From NCBI GenBank assembly GCA_963716725.1, contig CAVQUB010000033.1, forward strand, positions 32,001-96,000: a stretch of 64,000 nt of DNA, in the 5' to 3' direction. Positions 62,595 to 64,000 of this stretch are shown here, piece after piece. This DNA comes from an uncultured delta proteobacterium. Its GTDB lineage: Bacteria; Myxococcota_A; Polyangia; Polyangiales; Polyangiaceae. How positions within the stretch are numbered: the stretch's first letter is position 1; every line of letters starts with the position of its first letter. Under the pieces are notes generated by a model that saw nothing but the letters and a program-made list of their open reading frames with translations, was not told the origin of the DNA and ran no database searches. A program made the position numbers and the translations under genes.

Positions 62595-63343
62595 AGCGTT
62601 TGACCCTCGCGTTGGCGGTGATGGCTGGCTGCGCCGGCAGCGCGCCGTCGTCCCCGACCCAGCCGGTGGCCAGCGCGCGTGCCAGCGCTGCGCCCGCGCC
62701 CAGCGCGATCCCCAGCGCCGAGCCCGCGGCGGCGCCCGCGGCGGCGCCCAGTTCGAGCAGCGCCCCTCCGCCCGTCGAGCCCGCGCCCCCCGCGGTGTCG
62801 GAGCCGGCGCCGCTGCCCCAGGACACCGTGGTGTTGCACGTCGGCGACTCGATGGCGGGTGCGCTGGGCGTCGCGCTGAACGAAGAGTTCAAGCGTCACA
62901 AGGTCAAGGGCATGCTGCGTTTCAAGACGGCGAGCTACATCCCGGGCTGGGCGGGCGGCATGGAGTTGCCCTTGCACCTGTCGCAGCTGAAGCCCGATCT
63001 GGTGCTGATCACGCTCGGCACCAACGAGGTCAAAATGCCCGACCCGACGCAGCGCGCGCCGCTGGTGAAGAAGATCGTCAAGATGATCGGGGATCGCCCC
63101 TGCGTGTGGATCGCGCCGCCGATCTGGACCCAAGAGCGGGGCCTCTATCAGGTGATCCGTGAGAACGTCGCGCCCTGCCGATACATGGACACCGAGGTCG
63201 TGTACCCCGAGATGCCGCGCCTCAACGACAAGATCCACCCCACGATCAACGCCCGAAAGGAGTGGGCCAAGCGCGTGGTGGCGTGGCTCGCGCGAGAGCG
63301 GCGGCCGGTGCCCGGGAAACCTTGGGCCTTGGCGCCGGAGTGA
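62591..63343 (+). CDS. SGNH/GDSL hydrolase lipoprotein
   Basis: VGDSM, LGTNE, DKIHP. Confidence 0.82.
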   Translation: MKRLTLALAVMAGCAGSAPSSPTQPVASARASAAPAPSAIPSAEPAAAPAAAPSSSSAPPPVEPAPPAVSEPAPLPQDTVVLHVGDSMAGALGVALNEEFKRHKVKGMLRFKTASYIPGWAGGMELPLHLSQLKPDLVLITLGTNEVKMPDPTQRAPLVKKIVKMIGDRPCVWIAPPIWTQERGLYQVIRENVAPCRYMDTEVVYPEMPRLNDKIHPTINARKEWAKRVVAWLARERRPVPGKPWALAPE

Positions 63344-63367
63344 GCGAGCGGCGGCCGCGCGACAGGA

Positions 63368-64000
63368 TCACCAGCGCTGGCCCGGCGGCGCGCCCAGGAG
63401 CGGGGGAGCGCCTCCGACCACGGGGCGGGTGACGATGGTCCGGGACAGCTCGGCGTAGAGTGCCTTCATCCGTGCCAGCTCCTTCGGGTGGGACTGGGAC
63501 AGTTCCCGGGTCTCGGCGAAATCTTTGCTGACGTCGTAGAGCTGGAACCGCCAGTCGTCCCCGAAGGCGATCAGCTTGTAGTCGCCGTCGATCAGCGCGC
63601 GGCGCCGGTCCATCAGATCGCAGCGCGGCAAGTCGACGATGACCGGGCGCGGGCGAGCTTCGGCGCCGAAGACTTCGGGCACGAGACTCGTGCCCCGGTA
63701 GTGGTCCTTCAGCGGCAAGCCCAAGAGGTCGGCCATGGTCGGCGCGAGATCGATGGCCCCCCGCGAAGCCTCGATGCGCCGGGCTTCCGCGCCCGGGACA
63801 TAGATGAAGAGCGGGACCCGAACCAACGCCTCCCAGACTTCATAGGCGTGCCGCTGATGATCGTGCTCGCCGAAGCCTTCGCCGTGATCGGCGGTGATCA
63901 CCACGGCCAAGTTCTTGCCCCAGGGCTGCTTCAGGCACCAATCCACCAAGTCGCCCACCCACCGATCAGTGAAGTGCACCTCGTTGTCGTAGAGATCGCG
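63368..64000 (-). CDS. Sulfatase-like hydrolase, C-terminal part (5' end outside window)
   Basis: YDNEV..TD, ITADHGEGFGEH, VPL, DLAPT, LYD..D..E. Confidence 0.85.
   Translation of the reverse strand, partial: RDLYDNEVHFTDRWVGDLVDWCLKQPWGKNLAVVITADHGEGFGEHDHQRHAYEVWEALVRVPLFIYVPGAEARRIEASRGAIDLAPTMADLLGLPLKDHYRGTSLVPEVFGAEARPRPVIVDLPRCDLMDRRRALIDGDYKLIAFGDDWRFQLYDVSKDFAETRELSQSHPKELARMKALYAELSRTIVTRPVVGGAPPLLGAPPGQRW

Overview
This is a very GC-rich, gene-dense window that looks myxobacterial (Polyangiaceae-like), judged from the many Gly/Cys-rich lipoproteins, MYXO-CTERM-like tails and a Ser/Thr kinase; the taxonomy is inferred. Core genes include hemH, bolA-grxD, surE-apt, pgsA, epmA, hisBHA, a near-complete o-succinylbenzoate menaquinone operon led by a GbsR/MarR-type regulator with a perfect 14-bp palindromic operator, a SulP transporter and a Ugp-like ABC transporter. 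Three observations stand out. (1) A nested mobile structure at 36888-37953: an IS630-type element with terminal inverted repeats and a TA duplication has lost its DDE core, and a ~536-bp GxxExxY (PD-(D/E)XK nuclease) cassette with its own 33-bp inverted arms and 12-bp imperfect direct repeats sits in its last codons, which suggests GxxExxY cassettes move independently. (2) A Lon homologue has intact Walker motifs but Met in place of the catalytic Lys, so it may be a pseudo-protease. (3) A GH5 glycosidase gene is bracketed by a duplicated promoter/5' segment. Seven frameshifts in lon and the ABC genes are most likely long-read indel errors. No rRNA, tRNA or CRISPR array was seen.
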